From contig QPGO01000024.1 of the NCBI GenBank assembly GCA_008632985.1, positions 1 to 64,000 on the forward strand: a DNA stretch of 64,000 nucleotides. Reading direction: 5' to 3'. Shown in pieces: positions 1-10,571 of this stretch (its first letter is position 1; every line of letters begins with the position of its first letter). The DNA comes from Psammoneis japonica. Lineage: Eukaryota. Made by a program: the position numbers and the translations under genes. The notes under the pieces were generated by a model. It saw nothing but the letters and a program-made list of their open reading frames with translations. It was not told the origin of the DNA and made no database searches.

Positions 1-863
1 AAATGCTTGGATCTTCACCAAGAATCGTCTCCAGTGGGGGCATGCAGCGCGCACTCTAACATTGCTTTTGTCGGCTTTGTGACTGTATCGCTTCTCTCAA
101 TCAACAATCCTACTTTTCGTACAAGATGACTTTCGCCTTGTGTCCTTTCCGGTGCGAGTCTGAGTCTGAGGGAAAATGCTGGCGGCACGAAAGTGATGAA
201 AAAGATAATCGCGTTGTCGGCGAAAAGTGGCGTTGCCAACGTTTCAACACCGACGCACATAGTCTAAATCCAAGCATCGTGGTACCACCTCCAATTTAGC
301 GGTTGGCTCTTGCCATTTGCTATTGTATCATTTTGCAGAACCCTTGAGAATCCACGAAGGCAAAGAAAAGATCCAGCATAGTACCAACCCACCCCCCTCG
401 CACGACCTACAGACTGCAGACACCCAGCCACCAGCCACCGGCCGGCCGCGCCGGCGCTCGACCCAGTTGCATCTTGAAGAATCTCACGAAGGCCTAGGTA
501 AACTTGTGCTTTTCGCTAACTTGCCGTCATCAATCAAAGAGAGTCTATCACAAGCGTTAGAAGTCGCCTAAAGCTCATCGAGTTGAATATGAGCCAATCT
601 ATAGAGTTGCGCATCCGAAGGTAGTAAGTATGTGTAATTCTGGAGCACATGAGTCTTCGATGGCATTTAGATAAATGGTAACTCTATGCGCACACCGTGT
701 TGTATCTAAGAAACTATGACAAATTTTTGAGCTTTAACAACAGTTACACGTCCCGCTCTCCGCTCATTAATTCCACGGCAGACTATCATTTCGCCATACC
801 CCAAGTCGGAAATGAATCTTTAAACGAAGTCCCGGAACTTTCAACTCACAATGTCACATATAG

Positions 864-1273
864 TTAGGGCTCATAAGAGATTTCAAGAAAGATTTTCGCT
901 TTTTTTGAAAACCAGCCCTTGTCTTTCTTGTGGTCAATCACTTCACTGTACTTGGTTGGTTCTGCGGAAAGATTCATTCCTTCTAACTTGATCTTTTTTG
1001 AACGATTTCGTCATCCAATCCAAATCGTCATCCATCACCTTTGACATGAAGGACCATGTTATCGAGGCCAGGAATGTCTTCAAAAGTGAACGTTTCACCG
1101 TACTCAGGATTCAAGTCGTTCTCCTTCTTACTAGAAGTCTTCTTGCCGTATCCCTTGTCAAACAACATGTTGTCCTGCTCGAGTTCAAACTTTACATATG
1201 GATCGGACTTTCCAATTTTGTCGGCATCGCGAAGGTCTGTAATCTTGTCGAGAAGGACGGTTAGCACGCCCAT
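864..1273 (-). CDS. C2-domain (Ca2+/phospholipid-binding) protein, ~135 aa; reading frame broken by small indels near 1000-1045
   Basis: MGVLTVLLDKITDLRDADKIGKSDPYVKFELE...KKENDLNPEYGETFTF is a classic C2 signature (SDPYV, LNP.Y.ETF.F). After a frameshift it continues VMDDD...KIKLEGMNLSAEPTKYSEVIDHKKDKGWFSKKAKIFLEISYEP* with the stop at 864-866. Confidence 0.88.
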
Positions 1274-1685
1274 GGTTACAATATCTTTTGAACTCGTATG
1301 CCAAGCTCTTCCCGTTTCGGTTGCTCTTGCTTTGCTCTCGGTTTGTATTATGGTTATGGTCGCCTGGTGTTGGTGTCGCCAAAATGAACGGGAATCAATC
1401 TAAAAATCACAAAAGATTGCGATCCTTTTGGCGGGAAACGCAATTGATTGTGTATATAATTTATGTACAAGAATGAAGATTTCATTACGTGGATACTCAT
1501 AGAATTAAAACATTCAGCACTGAATAGTAAATACAAACTGAAAGAAACTGCTTTTCGCCTTTCTCGCTCATTTCTCCAAAAATGTTGGCGGAAAGGTGGT
1601 CGAATTTGTTTTTGCATTATTCTGGATTTTTGATCTGGCTTGTCCTTCCTGTCGCATTCCCATCTCCCACCATTATTTGCACATC

Positions 1686-2345
1686 ATGCATTGGCTACCA
1701 TACAGTCGTACCTCTCCTTCAGTTTCTCTGATCTTGTTCCTTTTGTTGGAAGGTACAGTGACGTTCAGTGGTAAAAATAGCACTTTCGCAGCCGCCTATA
1801 TCTGCAGTGAGAATGACGATTGTCATAATAATGGTACTTGCGTCGGAGATTCCAGCGAAAGGCATTGTGAATGTACAATAGGATACATTGGACCGCAATG
1901 TACGAGATTTTGCCCAAAACCGTGCTTGAATCTTGGGGTGTGTTACGAGGAAGCCCCTCATTCTGAAAGCTTCAAGTGTAGGTGTCGTGCATTTTTTAGC
2001 GGGGATGAATGTGAAACCCCGTACGTGAATTGCGGCGACGGCAGTCGGTGCTACAATGGTGGCAAATGTAAGAAGGACGACGAAGAAAATCGTCACAGTT
2101 GCAAGTGTCCGGCATCAGCTAGCGGAAAACGTTGTGAGGTTATGGAGCTAGTTTCTTCCAACAGTAGCAGGCTCGAACTTGGCGCTGTCCTCAGTATTGT
2201 GGTGGTTTGCGGTTTGGCTATCGCTGGAGCGTCTCTTTGGTTAGCAAGGCGGAAACGACGAATGAAATACAAACGCGAGGACATGTTTGACGAGAGAGAC
2301 AGCATAATAGATAGAAGTGCGGTGGATGCGATTGAGCTTACATGA
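1686..2345 (+). CDS. Single-pass membrane protein with three EGF-like repeats
   Basis: Hydrophobic N-terminal segment; Cys patterns CHNNGTC...CECTIGYIGPQC, CLNLGVC...CRCRAFFSGDECE and CYNGGKC...CKCPASASGKRCE; TM helix GAVLSIVVVCGLAIAGASLWL followed by the basic stop-transfer RRKRR. Confidence 0.88.
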   Translation: MHWLPYSRTSPSVSLILFLLLEGTVTFSGKNSTFAAAYICSENDDCHNNGTCVGDSSERHCECTIGYIGPQCTRFCPKPCLNLGVCYEEAPHSESFKCRCRAFFSGDECETPYVNCGDGSRCYNGGKCKKDDEENRHSCKCPASASGKRCEVMELVSSNSSRLELGAVLSIVVVCGLAIAGASLWLARRKRRMKYKREDMFDERDSIIDRSAVDAIELT

Positions 2346-2420
2346 ACACCAAGCAGGAGTTCCTTGCAAGACGCATACAAATATCATTCACCACGCTCAA
2401 AAACGCCTGACCATTCTAGC

Positions 2421-3962
2421 TCATAGCAACCCGCTATAATCGGCTCCCNGTATGCAGTGACGTTTTGAGTCGGCCGTTGAGTGGAATTCTCTTCCAACTT
2501 TATGTTTCCTCGAAAGCCTGCTGCGAGAGCCGCTTGTCCCAACGATTCTTTATTAGCGTTTCTCGGTAAATCATAAACGACGAGTCGACTTTTTGTAGCA
2601 CGCGCCGCAAGCTTTAGGAGATCAAGTCCGTTGATGAAATCACTTCCCCACCCATCCGCAACTTCATCCTTGGGCGTAAACTTTTTTTGAGTCGGTGGAC
2701 CAGACGAGAATGTGTCGAAAAAAATCGTCTCCAACGCCTCCATGAAGATCGTTTTGGAGTTGTTCGTCCTGCTCGCTCTCTTCTGGAACGCCAATATTTG
2801 ACCCGACACAAATCTTCATATGCTTTTCCAGATCATAACCGTCCTTTCCGAGAGTGTTGTAGTCGACGCCGCCCCACGGCGGATCCATGAACACTGCGTC
2901 GATGCGATCGGGTAAGAGATCCAATCCTCCAATTGGATATCCTTCGTGTATTTCCATTTCGGCTTGTGCTCGTCCAGCTTTTGGCTCGCATGCTTCTTTT
3001 ACTCTATCGCCATTCCTGTAGCAGTGCTCCATAATATGCATGGTACTGCATTCCACGAAAATGATCTTGTCTTTTGGAATGTCGTAGACCGCGGCATTGT
3101 GAGCCGCCATTCTGAGCTTTTCTCTATCTACGTCTACTGATACGACCAATGAAATGAATTCACGCGATAGCTTCCCAAACGCAATTGAGTTTCCTCCACA
3201 TCCGCAGAAAGCATCCAATACCACAATGCCTTGGGTGTTGCTTATGTCCGATCCTGGCAAGCCTCTACGAAAGGCGGTGGAATTGCTCAACTCACCTACT
3301 CGAGAGGCTACATGATGCGCAATAACCTGAGGTGTGACAGAGAACCATCCCTCGGCATCCAACTGAATCCCCTGATCAAATCTTGAAAAAAGCCTTCGAC
3401 GCTGCGCCCAGTACTTATCATGCACTACATCAGGGTGCGGATTGGCAATGGAATTATCCACCACCTGCGACTCACATACTGACCAACGGAGAGTGTCGTT
3501 CCCGTCCATCTGGAGCGTATGCTCTCCAGTGGACCGGGGCGCTCTAAGAACGGCAACGGATTGCTCTCTCGAAGAATCGTCGTCAACGACCGGAACCCAG
3601 CAAGAAACGTCTGGTGCAAAGTGATATGGGGCAACATGGAAATGTCTATGGTTTGAATGCTCGTCTCTGTTGTTGTGAGCGTGTTCTTCACCGGGAGCCC
3701 TTGCCGGAATGTCCCACAGTTCAACTCGTTGTGTGATAACTGTCATGTCCGCGGGTGCCTTGTTTCGTTTGCCCTGTTGGTGACCTCTTTGTTGCCGATT
3801 CGGATTCTGCACGCCTCCTCCTTTGTTGCGTTGCGGTGATTTCTTATTCCTAGCCCTATTATTTCTGCGCCGTCGATTGTTGTTGCTAGACTTCGAGCCT
3901 CCACCAGCACCACCACCTGGAGCTAAGCGAGGCGGACTTTTGCCATTGCTGTCAGAACTCAT
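2421..3962 (-). CDS. TGS1: Trimethylguanosine synthase (RNA cap hypermethylase); frameshifts near 2720 and 2450-2485
   Basis: KYWAQRRRLFSRFDQGIQLDAEGWFSVTPQVIAHHVA, VLDAFCGCGGNSIAF, AAHNAAVY and VFMDPPWGGVDY; the C-terminal YDLPRN and LNGRLK motifs follow in shifted frames. Confidence 0.93.
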
Positions 3963-4099
3963 CTTGCTTAGGTCTCGCTTCCCTTTGTCATTGTCGTGAT
4001 ATGTACCGCATTGAGATATGAGAAAAAAAAAAAAAAGTACAGTATCAACGCACGTGTCTGGCCGTCGTTCACGTCACGAAAGACAACGAGCAAGAACAT

Positions 4100-5660
4100 C
4101 ATGACATGCTGTGTGTCAACTCTTGGTGTCGGTGGCATGGCGCTGTGACTCTCCCGGCACTGTAGCTGTGCTCATATTTGGGGAAATAGCATGATTTTCT
4201 GAATTTCACTGTGGTGAAAATTGACAAGCACGCAACAAGCATGGTGGTGCACCAGGGTTTTGTTTCCTTGTCGCCCTCCTCGATGCAGCCTTGTTGGTGT
4301 GCACATCAAAGGCCAAATGTGCACCTTGGTGTGGAGCATGTTTTTGAGCACAGGACAAGCTGCCATCATGGGCAGATTGTCTGCACAAACCATTTTTGTC
4401 ACTTTGAACATGGGGGGCACTGTAAAAGGGTGCCCCTTTTCTTTGACACTTTGTGGCTGTTTCTGAGAGTGCACTTGCGGCGGGAAATGGCAACCACACA
4501 CGCAACTTCTTGCACTGTCATTTCACTTGCAAAAATTCTCTTGCTGTTGTTAAGCGAAACAGTGCATTGTCTCTCTCAGTTTGGCCAGAGTTTGAGAAGA
4601 GGAGCTTGGTCCCCAGTTTCCAGTCTCTTTTGTCTGTCGCTTGAGTTGTCGTCAAAGATTGACAAAAGTGCTGAACAGCAACCTCCACCTCACTGCTGGG
4701 GTGCTGCTGGGGCACCATTCACACAATGGCCCTGTGTGTGCAAAAGAGAACACCCCCAGAGAGAGAGACATGTTTGTTTTGGGCAGCCAAAGGAGGAGAG
4801 GTTGTTGTGGTGGCAGGTTCACAAGAAAGCCGGCTGTCTTTGGGTTGATCAAGCTGCATCATTTTTGTCAGCAAGTGCCACACCATGTTGTGTGTGCAGA
4901 AGGCTTGCAGCTCTGTGCACACAGCGTTGCAGAGAAAACTCTCAGCACTGCTGCACAAGTTTTTTGGCTGTGTTGTGCATGATGTGATTTTTGCAAATTC
5001 CCTCAACCTGAATGCTGATGCACATGTGCATGTAGTGCAGCACATTTTACACAACAACCAGCAGCCCACACAACTGTCAGCAAACACAGCAGGGGCAAAA
5101 GTTGTTGGCTCACTGAGAGAGAGGCAGGCCTCTGCTCCTGCCTCCTGCATCTGATTCAACCACCAGCACACGAGCCAATGGCACCGATGAAGTGAACAAA
5201 CACTGATGCAGTAGAAAGGACAAGCCAACACCTTCTTGTGGATAAGAGTGAGTGTAACAAAGCCAACGTGAACCCAATCGTTGCGCCTTGGTGCATGAGA
5301 TGCAGGCCTCTGCTCCTGCCTCCTGTGTCTGACTCAACCAGCACACGAGCCAATGGCACCGATGAAGTGAACAAACACTGATGCAGTAGAAAGGACAAGC
5401 CAACACCTTCTTGTGGATAAGAGTGAGTGTAATGAAGCCAACGTGAACCCAGTCGTTGCGCCATGGTGCATGAGATGCAGGCCTCTGCTCCTGCCTCCTG
5501 TGTCTGACTCAACCAGCACACGAGCCAATGGCACCGATGAAGTGAACAAACACTGATGCAGTAGAAAGGACAAGCCAACACCTTCTTGTGGATAAGAGTG
5601 AGTGTAATAAAGCCAACGTGAACCTAATCGTTGCGCCTTGGTGCATGAGATGCACCAACA
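4100..5660. mobile_element. Degenerate repeat/transposon-derived block, strongly TpA- and CpG-depleted; family not identifiable
   Basis: Abrupt compositional switch between two normal genes; all frames are Cys/His-rich and Tyr-poor; ends in a 175-bp tandem array. Boundaries are approximate. Confidence 0.6.
5124..5654. repeat. Tandem repeat, three copies of a ~175-bp unit
   Basis: gcaggcctctgctcctgcctcctg starts at 5124, 5302 and 5477; copies are nearly identical. Confidence 0.97.
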
Positions 5661-5844
5661 AGGGTGGTGAGAATGACACGGTCACACAAGTGACGAGGGA
5701 CAGACCACTGCTGGACCACCCATTAATTTTTTGTCTCGTTCCTGGGGGGCGGAAGGGGTGAGGGGTGCAAAACAAAAAGGAAGAAGCGATACTGTAGATA
5801 GAGTTACCATAGTTATCGATCAAGCCCCACTGGTGTCACTCGAA

Positions 5845-7159
5845 ATGGCCAAGGGCACCGCTAAGAAACGCCGTCAAGGCGAGACATGGACTGGAGCGGA
5901 TCATGCAACGCGCAAGGCGACCCAACAAGTCAAACGATCGACGGTCATGTCGTACAAGGATCGACGAGAGGCAGTCCTGGCTCGTGGCTCTCGTGACAAG
6001 ATTGATGCTGGCAAACTAAGACTGCACATTTCCAAGACACAACGTGAGGTGGATCGTTTGCGAGAAAGACTTAGAGCTTGGGATGATGTAGAGGAGGAGA
6101 AAGAAAGATTGTTTCAGCTTGAAAAAGAGAAAAATCAAATAGCGGAAGAACCGTCAAAGAAAAAGAAGCGTGGACGACTTGGACCGGAAACTTGGAAGCT
6201 GCGAGGAGCCGCACGTCCCGCGTGGGAAGTTTATGATTTGACACTCGTTACAAAGACCCACACTTAGTAGAGCATGAAGAACACCAACAAAAGTGTGCAA
6301 GAAGCAGAAATATACTTGTACTCTATAAGGGAAGACTCGGACAAGAAAATGTTGATGGCTTACCGCAGCCGCAAGGGAGAAAATATTTGGCGCTCTTGAT
6401 GCAGCTGGGGATGTTGTGTCTGCAGGCAAAGAAATTCAAGGCTGCTCGGGGGACGTTCTTGGAATGCATGGATTTGGACGGTGCGGATTCTCCCATTACC
6501 ACAGCTCGATGCCAGCTTATGCGAATGTATATGGAAGCAAATCGACCAGACTCGGCACGGCGGTTGTGGGAGCGACTGCCCGACACGGACTCTTCTGTGT
6601 GGATCCGATATTCCGCAGCACTTGTGGAATTCGTCAGTTGGAAGCTACTACAGGAAGAAGGCAGTACCAAGGAGAGCGCAGAAAAGCTTCTGGCAATGCA
6701 ATTCGTGCCAATGTCTTTTGCGCATATTACATTGCGCACCATGAAACATTCGAACGTGTAATGGAATACACAGAAGAAATCCAGGACGCACCGGAAGATA
6801 CGCTCGAAGAAGCTGTTGAATACTGTTGCAGTGAGCAAATGGGGGCCTGGGTCGGTACCGAAGGTGCGATCGAATGGCTTCGACAGATTATCCTTCAGAC
6901 TCTCAATGACGTGCCAAGTAGTCTGGATGGCATTGGTAGTGCTCTCACCGTTCAGGATTTGGATTGGAATAGTAAGCTAAAGAAAATGGAGGATAATTTC
7001 GAGGCATCAGCGAAGGCAGCCACCGAGCAAGAAGCATCGAGAGGAACGGAGAGCGAGGAGAGCGAGGAGCTAGACTTGTTAATGTATACAGGGATGTTTC
7101 GCACTGCAATGGACATGCTTGAAGACGCTGGTGCTTTTGTCGACGATTTGCGGCGGTAG
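5845..7159 (+). CDS. Hypothetical helical-repeat protein (TPR/ST7-like C-terminal half); frameshifts near 6237 and 6696
   Basis: Three ORF pieces join into one coherent protein: MAKGTAKK...WEVYD / DTRYKDPH...AEKLLA / NAIRANVFCAYYIAH...EEAVEYC...GAWVGTEGAIEWLR. The last part resembles the ST7-family C-terminal pattern. Confidence 0.7.
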
Positions 7160-7229
7160 GCAGTCGAGATGACGATAGTGAAAAGAATAAAAAATAGCAT
7201 CATGATGATTAGAATCGGAGAACAACGAG

Positions 7230-9260
7230 CTATTGTTTAGACTGTTGTGGTTTCCAAAGTGCAAGGTCAATAAGCTTGTTTGAGAGTATGCTCTTCGGAT
7301 CAAATTCAGCACGGGCGGCATTAAACTGATGCACAGGGTAGCGATTACGCAAAGTGTCTTGCAAGTCCATAAGCGACCACACCGTACTGGGTAGTTCCAA
7401 CTTGGCCCAATGGCTAACAGCGTTCACGGGGTTTCCGACGTCCCGGAGCAAATCACAATACTGACCCTTGAAGCGCCTGGTAATCTCACGTCGCTGCTTT
7501 TCATCTTCCGACGGCAAGTACATAATGATTCCAACCCACGAATGTAGCCCGTCCGGAGGCCCATGAGCCGGGGACATGTGCGAGGATGATGATGACGTCC
7601 AGCGCTGCTCAATTGGTGAATGTGCGGGAATTCCCGCATCCTCGATACCAGACAGTAATCTCTCCATAAAGATCATATCATCCCCGTTGCTTCAGAAGCC
7701 TTCCCTGTAGGAAAGCAAACCTCCCACACCCATTGCTGTTGGCATATGAGTTGAGGTGAAATGTATGTAAGGCAAAGCTGTGCCACACATCAAATCGTTT
7801 TTAATGTATTGAAAAAACTTACCTGACCACCGCAGTCAAACTGAAGAAGTTGATCGCTGGGCTTCGTTTGGTATCCTTCACTTCGACGCCAAAACTCGGC
7901 CTCTGCCATATTGCACCGTTTCACGTGATCAACATTAAGTGGATCAACTGCCAGAAGTGCGTCTCGAAGCTCGCCAAATCCCATTCCCTGCATGGATTCG
8001 TTGGTATATGGTTCTGCTGTTCTAGCGGATAACTTCTGCAGTAAGCTTCTGAGGGGTTCAAAACGACTTTTTTCATCCGACGCTGTATTTCTTGGGACTT
8101 GCGTGTCAACAGTGTCTTCTGGATCATTCGTTACGACAACAACCGCATCCGCATAAGGCACCCACATATAGCGAACGTGCTTGTGAGCCTTCAACAGTGA
8201 GTTTAGCCGAGCCTTTGCATCCTTTCTCGTCAATACATAGGTATGCTCAACGAGTTGGTGGGCAGGGATGACTTGCATGGTTACTTCCGCAACGACACCA
8301 AGACAGCCCAATCCTACTTTCGCTAGTTGGAAGAGTTCCCCGTCGTCAGCGGTGAGCTCGACCGTCCCTCGACCCGGTGTAACCAATTTGAGCTTCGTCA
8401 CATACTCATCGACTGGAGCAATACGTGCGCCAGTTCCATGTGCACCAACCTGCACAAACCCTCCCATTTGCTGTTCTGCAATGCTTGCAAGGTTTGGAAG
8501 AGTAAGGCCGTGAGATCGGAGGGCGTCCACCACCTATATGGTAGCAGTGCTTGACTAAGATTCAATTCTGATTAAGGAAAGACTATGTCAAGTTCCTGTG
8601 GGTACGTACCTGGCTAACACGAGCTCCCGCTTGAACAGTGACAGACATGTTTTCCTTGTTCACATTGATGATTCTGTCCAAGTTGGACAGACAAACCATA
8701 CCACCAGCTCGAAAACCAATCCCATTGGGGCTTAATGCTGAACCCAATGGCCTGAGAGGTTTCCCTTCTTCATTGCACTTTCTTACAATGTTTTCCAATT
8801 CCTCAATCGTTTCCGGCTCCCAGTAGTTCTCGTTGGCAACGTGAACCGCATGAGTACCACTCCAATTCAACAACATCGTAGTTTCATCTTCCTCGTCTCG
8901 TTCGTGTATCTCTTTGCTGTTGCTAGGTGATGTTTCCCCTTCGGTTGACTTCCCGTCACGGATATTGATTGACCCTTCCAGAGCAGTGTCATATCGCATT
9001 GGAAGGAAAGCTGCCGAAGCTGCGAGAAGTCCCGCACCCATCAGTAGATTGCTAAAGTCCATCGTGGAGTGATTATCATGGTTCCCGCGACAGCTAGATT
9101 TTGAAGGTAATGTATGAACAGCAAAGAGTCCTTTGTTACAATTTTGTAGAAGATATTGATTCAGCCTAGGGATTGTATGCTGACCACTGCGATACCTTGG
9201 CGCGGAAATGCCAGACAAGGGTAGGCCACGCCGCGTTGACAGTCTAACTGATGTTGTCAT
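7230..9260 (-). CDS. GLDH: L-galactono-1,4-lactone dehydrogenase (mitochondrial, ascorbate synthesis); introns ~8534-8609 and ~7736-7822, one frameshift near 7685
   Basis: NWSGTH, LRPLGSALSPNG, VTVQAGARV, LPNLASIAEQQMGGFVQVGAHGTGA, LAKVGLGCLGVVAEVT, FDCGGQ|QWVWEVCFPTG, IPAHSPIEQRW, SWVGIIMYLP and HWAKLE match plant-type GLDH. GT-AG introns restore the frame. Confidence 0.95.
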
Positions 9261-9677
9261 CTGAACGCTCTACGCTTTCCTCCTAAGAATTCCTGTTGAA
9301 ATCTTTTGAAGAAAAGCTTAAGCACGAGGTTCCCTCACAGTAATGCGTCGTTACTGTTGCTTTTGCAAGTCGAAGGCTTAAAGCTTCTAGTAGAGAAAAC
9401 GCAACGGAGAGAGGAGAGAGAGCGATGAGGTTGGTACACGCTAGAGATAGAATGGCGTGATGTGTGTGGTGTGCGGTGATTTTCTGGATTTTTTGCTGAT
9501 GCGATTTGGATGATGATTCCTTCACTGACGTGATCGCGCGCATCGAGTGTCTTTTTTGCAGCGAGCATGAAGGGTGGTGGGTGGCTGTACCACTGCATGT
9601 ATTAATAGCGTTGGCTTATTGATTGTGCTGGTGTTGGACCAAAGTGAAAGGGGGTGCCTGGGCTTGAGTTCTCGATT

Positions 9678-10505
9678 ATGAATACGAATGTAGTTGACGG
9701 CGACGCCAGCAAGAACAACCTGCTTCAGACCTTGATAGAGACATGTGACTCCATAACAAAAACAGCACTGTCGTGTCGCACCCTGCTTGGGAGTCGAAAA
9801 CAGAATGTTACGAAATTGGAAAACGTCGGATCTGTATATCAGCAGCAGTTGGAGCTCGAACGGTGGCTCGAAGGAAACATTCTGGACTATCGTGCGGCTA
9901 TTGCTCGGCTCTCGGAACACGACGAAGAACAAAGGAGCAGGATGGACAACGAAAGGCGGGGCCAAGGAGACGCTATTCTCCGAGAAAGAATCCATCGACT
10001 TGAGGACGAGCTGCTTACAGAGTCGTCCTGTCGGCAGGAGAAAATTCTGCTTACAAGGCTGGAAAGGGCCTCAACCGCACAGCAAGCGGTCAAGTTGCGC
10101 AGAACGATGGATGAAGGAGTCTCCGAGGTTCGTCCTACTAGTAGCGAGTTTTATGATCAAGCGGAAAGCAAGAGGAAGCTTCGCCACGAGGCGCTAAAAA
10201 GCCGCGACGGCCAGGTTAGCACAGCACTGGACAAATTGCGTCGTGTGCATGCGATGAACAAGCAACTAAAATCTCTTGAAGGCACGAGGCAAGCGCTACA
10301 AAAAGGAAGCAGGGAGCTTTGGTATCAAAAGATGTCTTCACTTTCCAGAGAAACGATCAGATTATCCAATGACGAGACGGAGGGACAAATTGAGAAGGAG
10401 AACAAGATGTTAAGACGCGCGTTATCAGATATTATGGTGGGAAGCAGCCTGGATTGGTACTGCGATGAAAGACTAAGGAACACCATGATGAGACTAGAAG
10501 GATGA
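9678..10505 (+). CDS. Coiled-coil protein with CENP-H/Fta3/Mcm16-like C-terminal motif
   Basis: Open ~275-aa helical, charged ORF ending NKMLRRALSDIMVGSSLDWYCDERLRNTMMRLE, similar to the CENP-H C-terminal pattern (LIxGSGV[ND]WxxDxxLxxxVLxL). Confidence 0.6.
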   Translation: MNTNVVDGDASKNNLLQTLIETCDSITKTALSCRTLLGSRKQNVTKLENVGSVYQQQLELERWLEGNILDYRAAIARLSEHDEEQRSRMDNERRGQGDAILRERIHRLEDELLTESSCRQEKILLTRLERASTAQQAVKLRRTMDEGVSEVRPTSSEFYDQAESKRKLRHEALKSRDGQVSTALDKLRRVHAMNKQLKSLEGTRQALQKGSRELWYQKMSSLSRETIRLSNDETEGQIEKENKMLRRALSDIMVGSSLDWYCDERLRNTMMRLEG

Positions 10506-10571
10506 CTATACCCCAAAACTTGTCATACTTCAATCTCTATATAACAAACTCTAAGGGTGTAAAACTCAAGT

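Noticed and set aside
1..600. Short ORFs at 15-260 (-) and 317-571 (+)
   Set aside because: No recognisable motif; they could be the end of a gene outside the window but cannot be supported.
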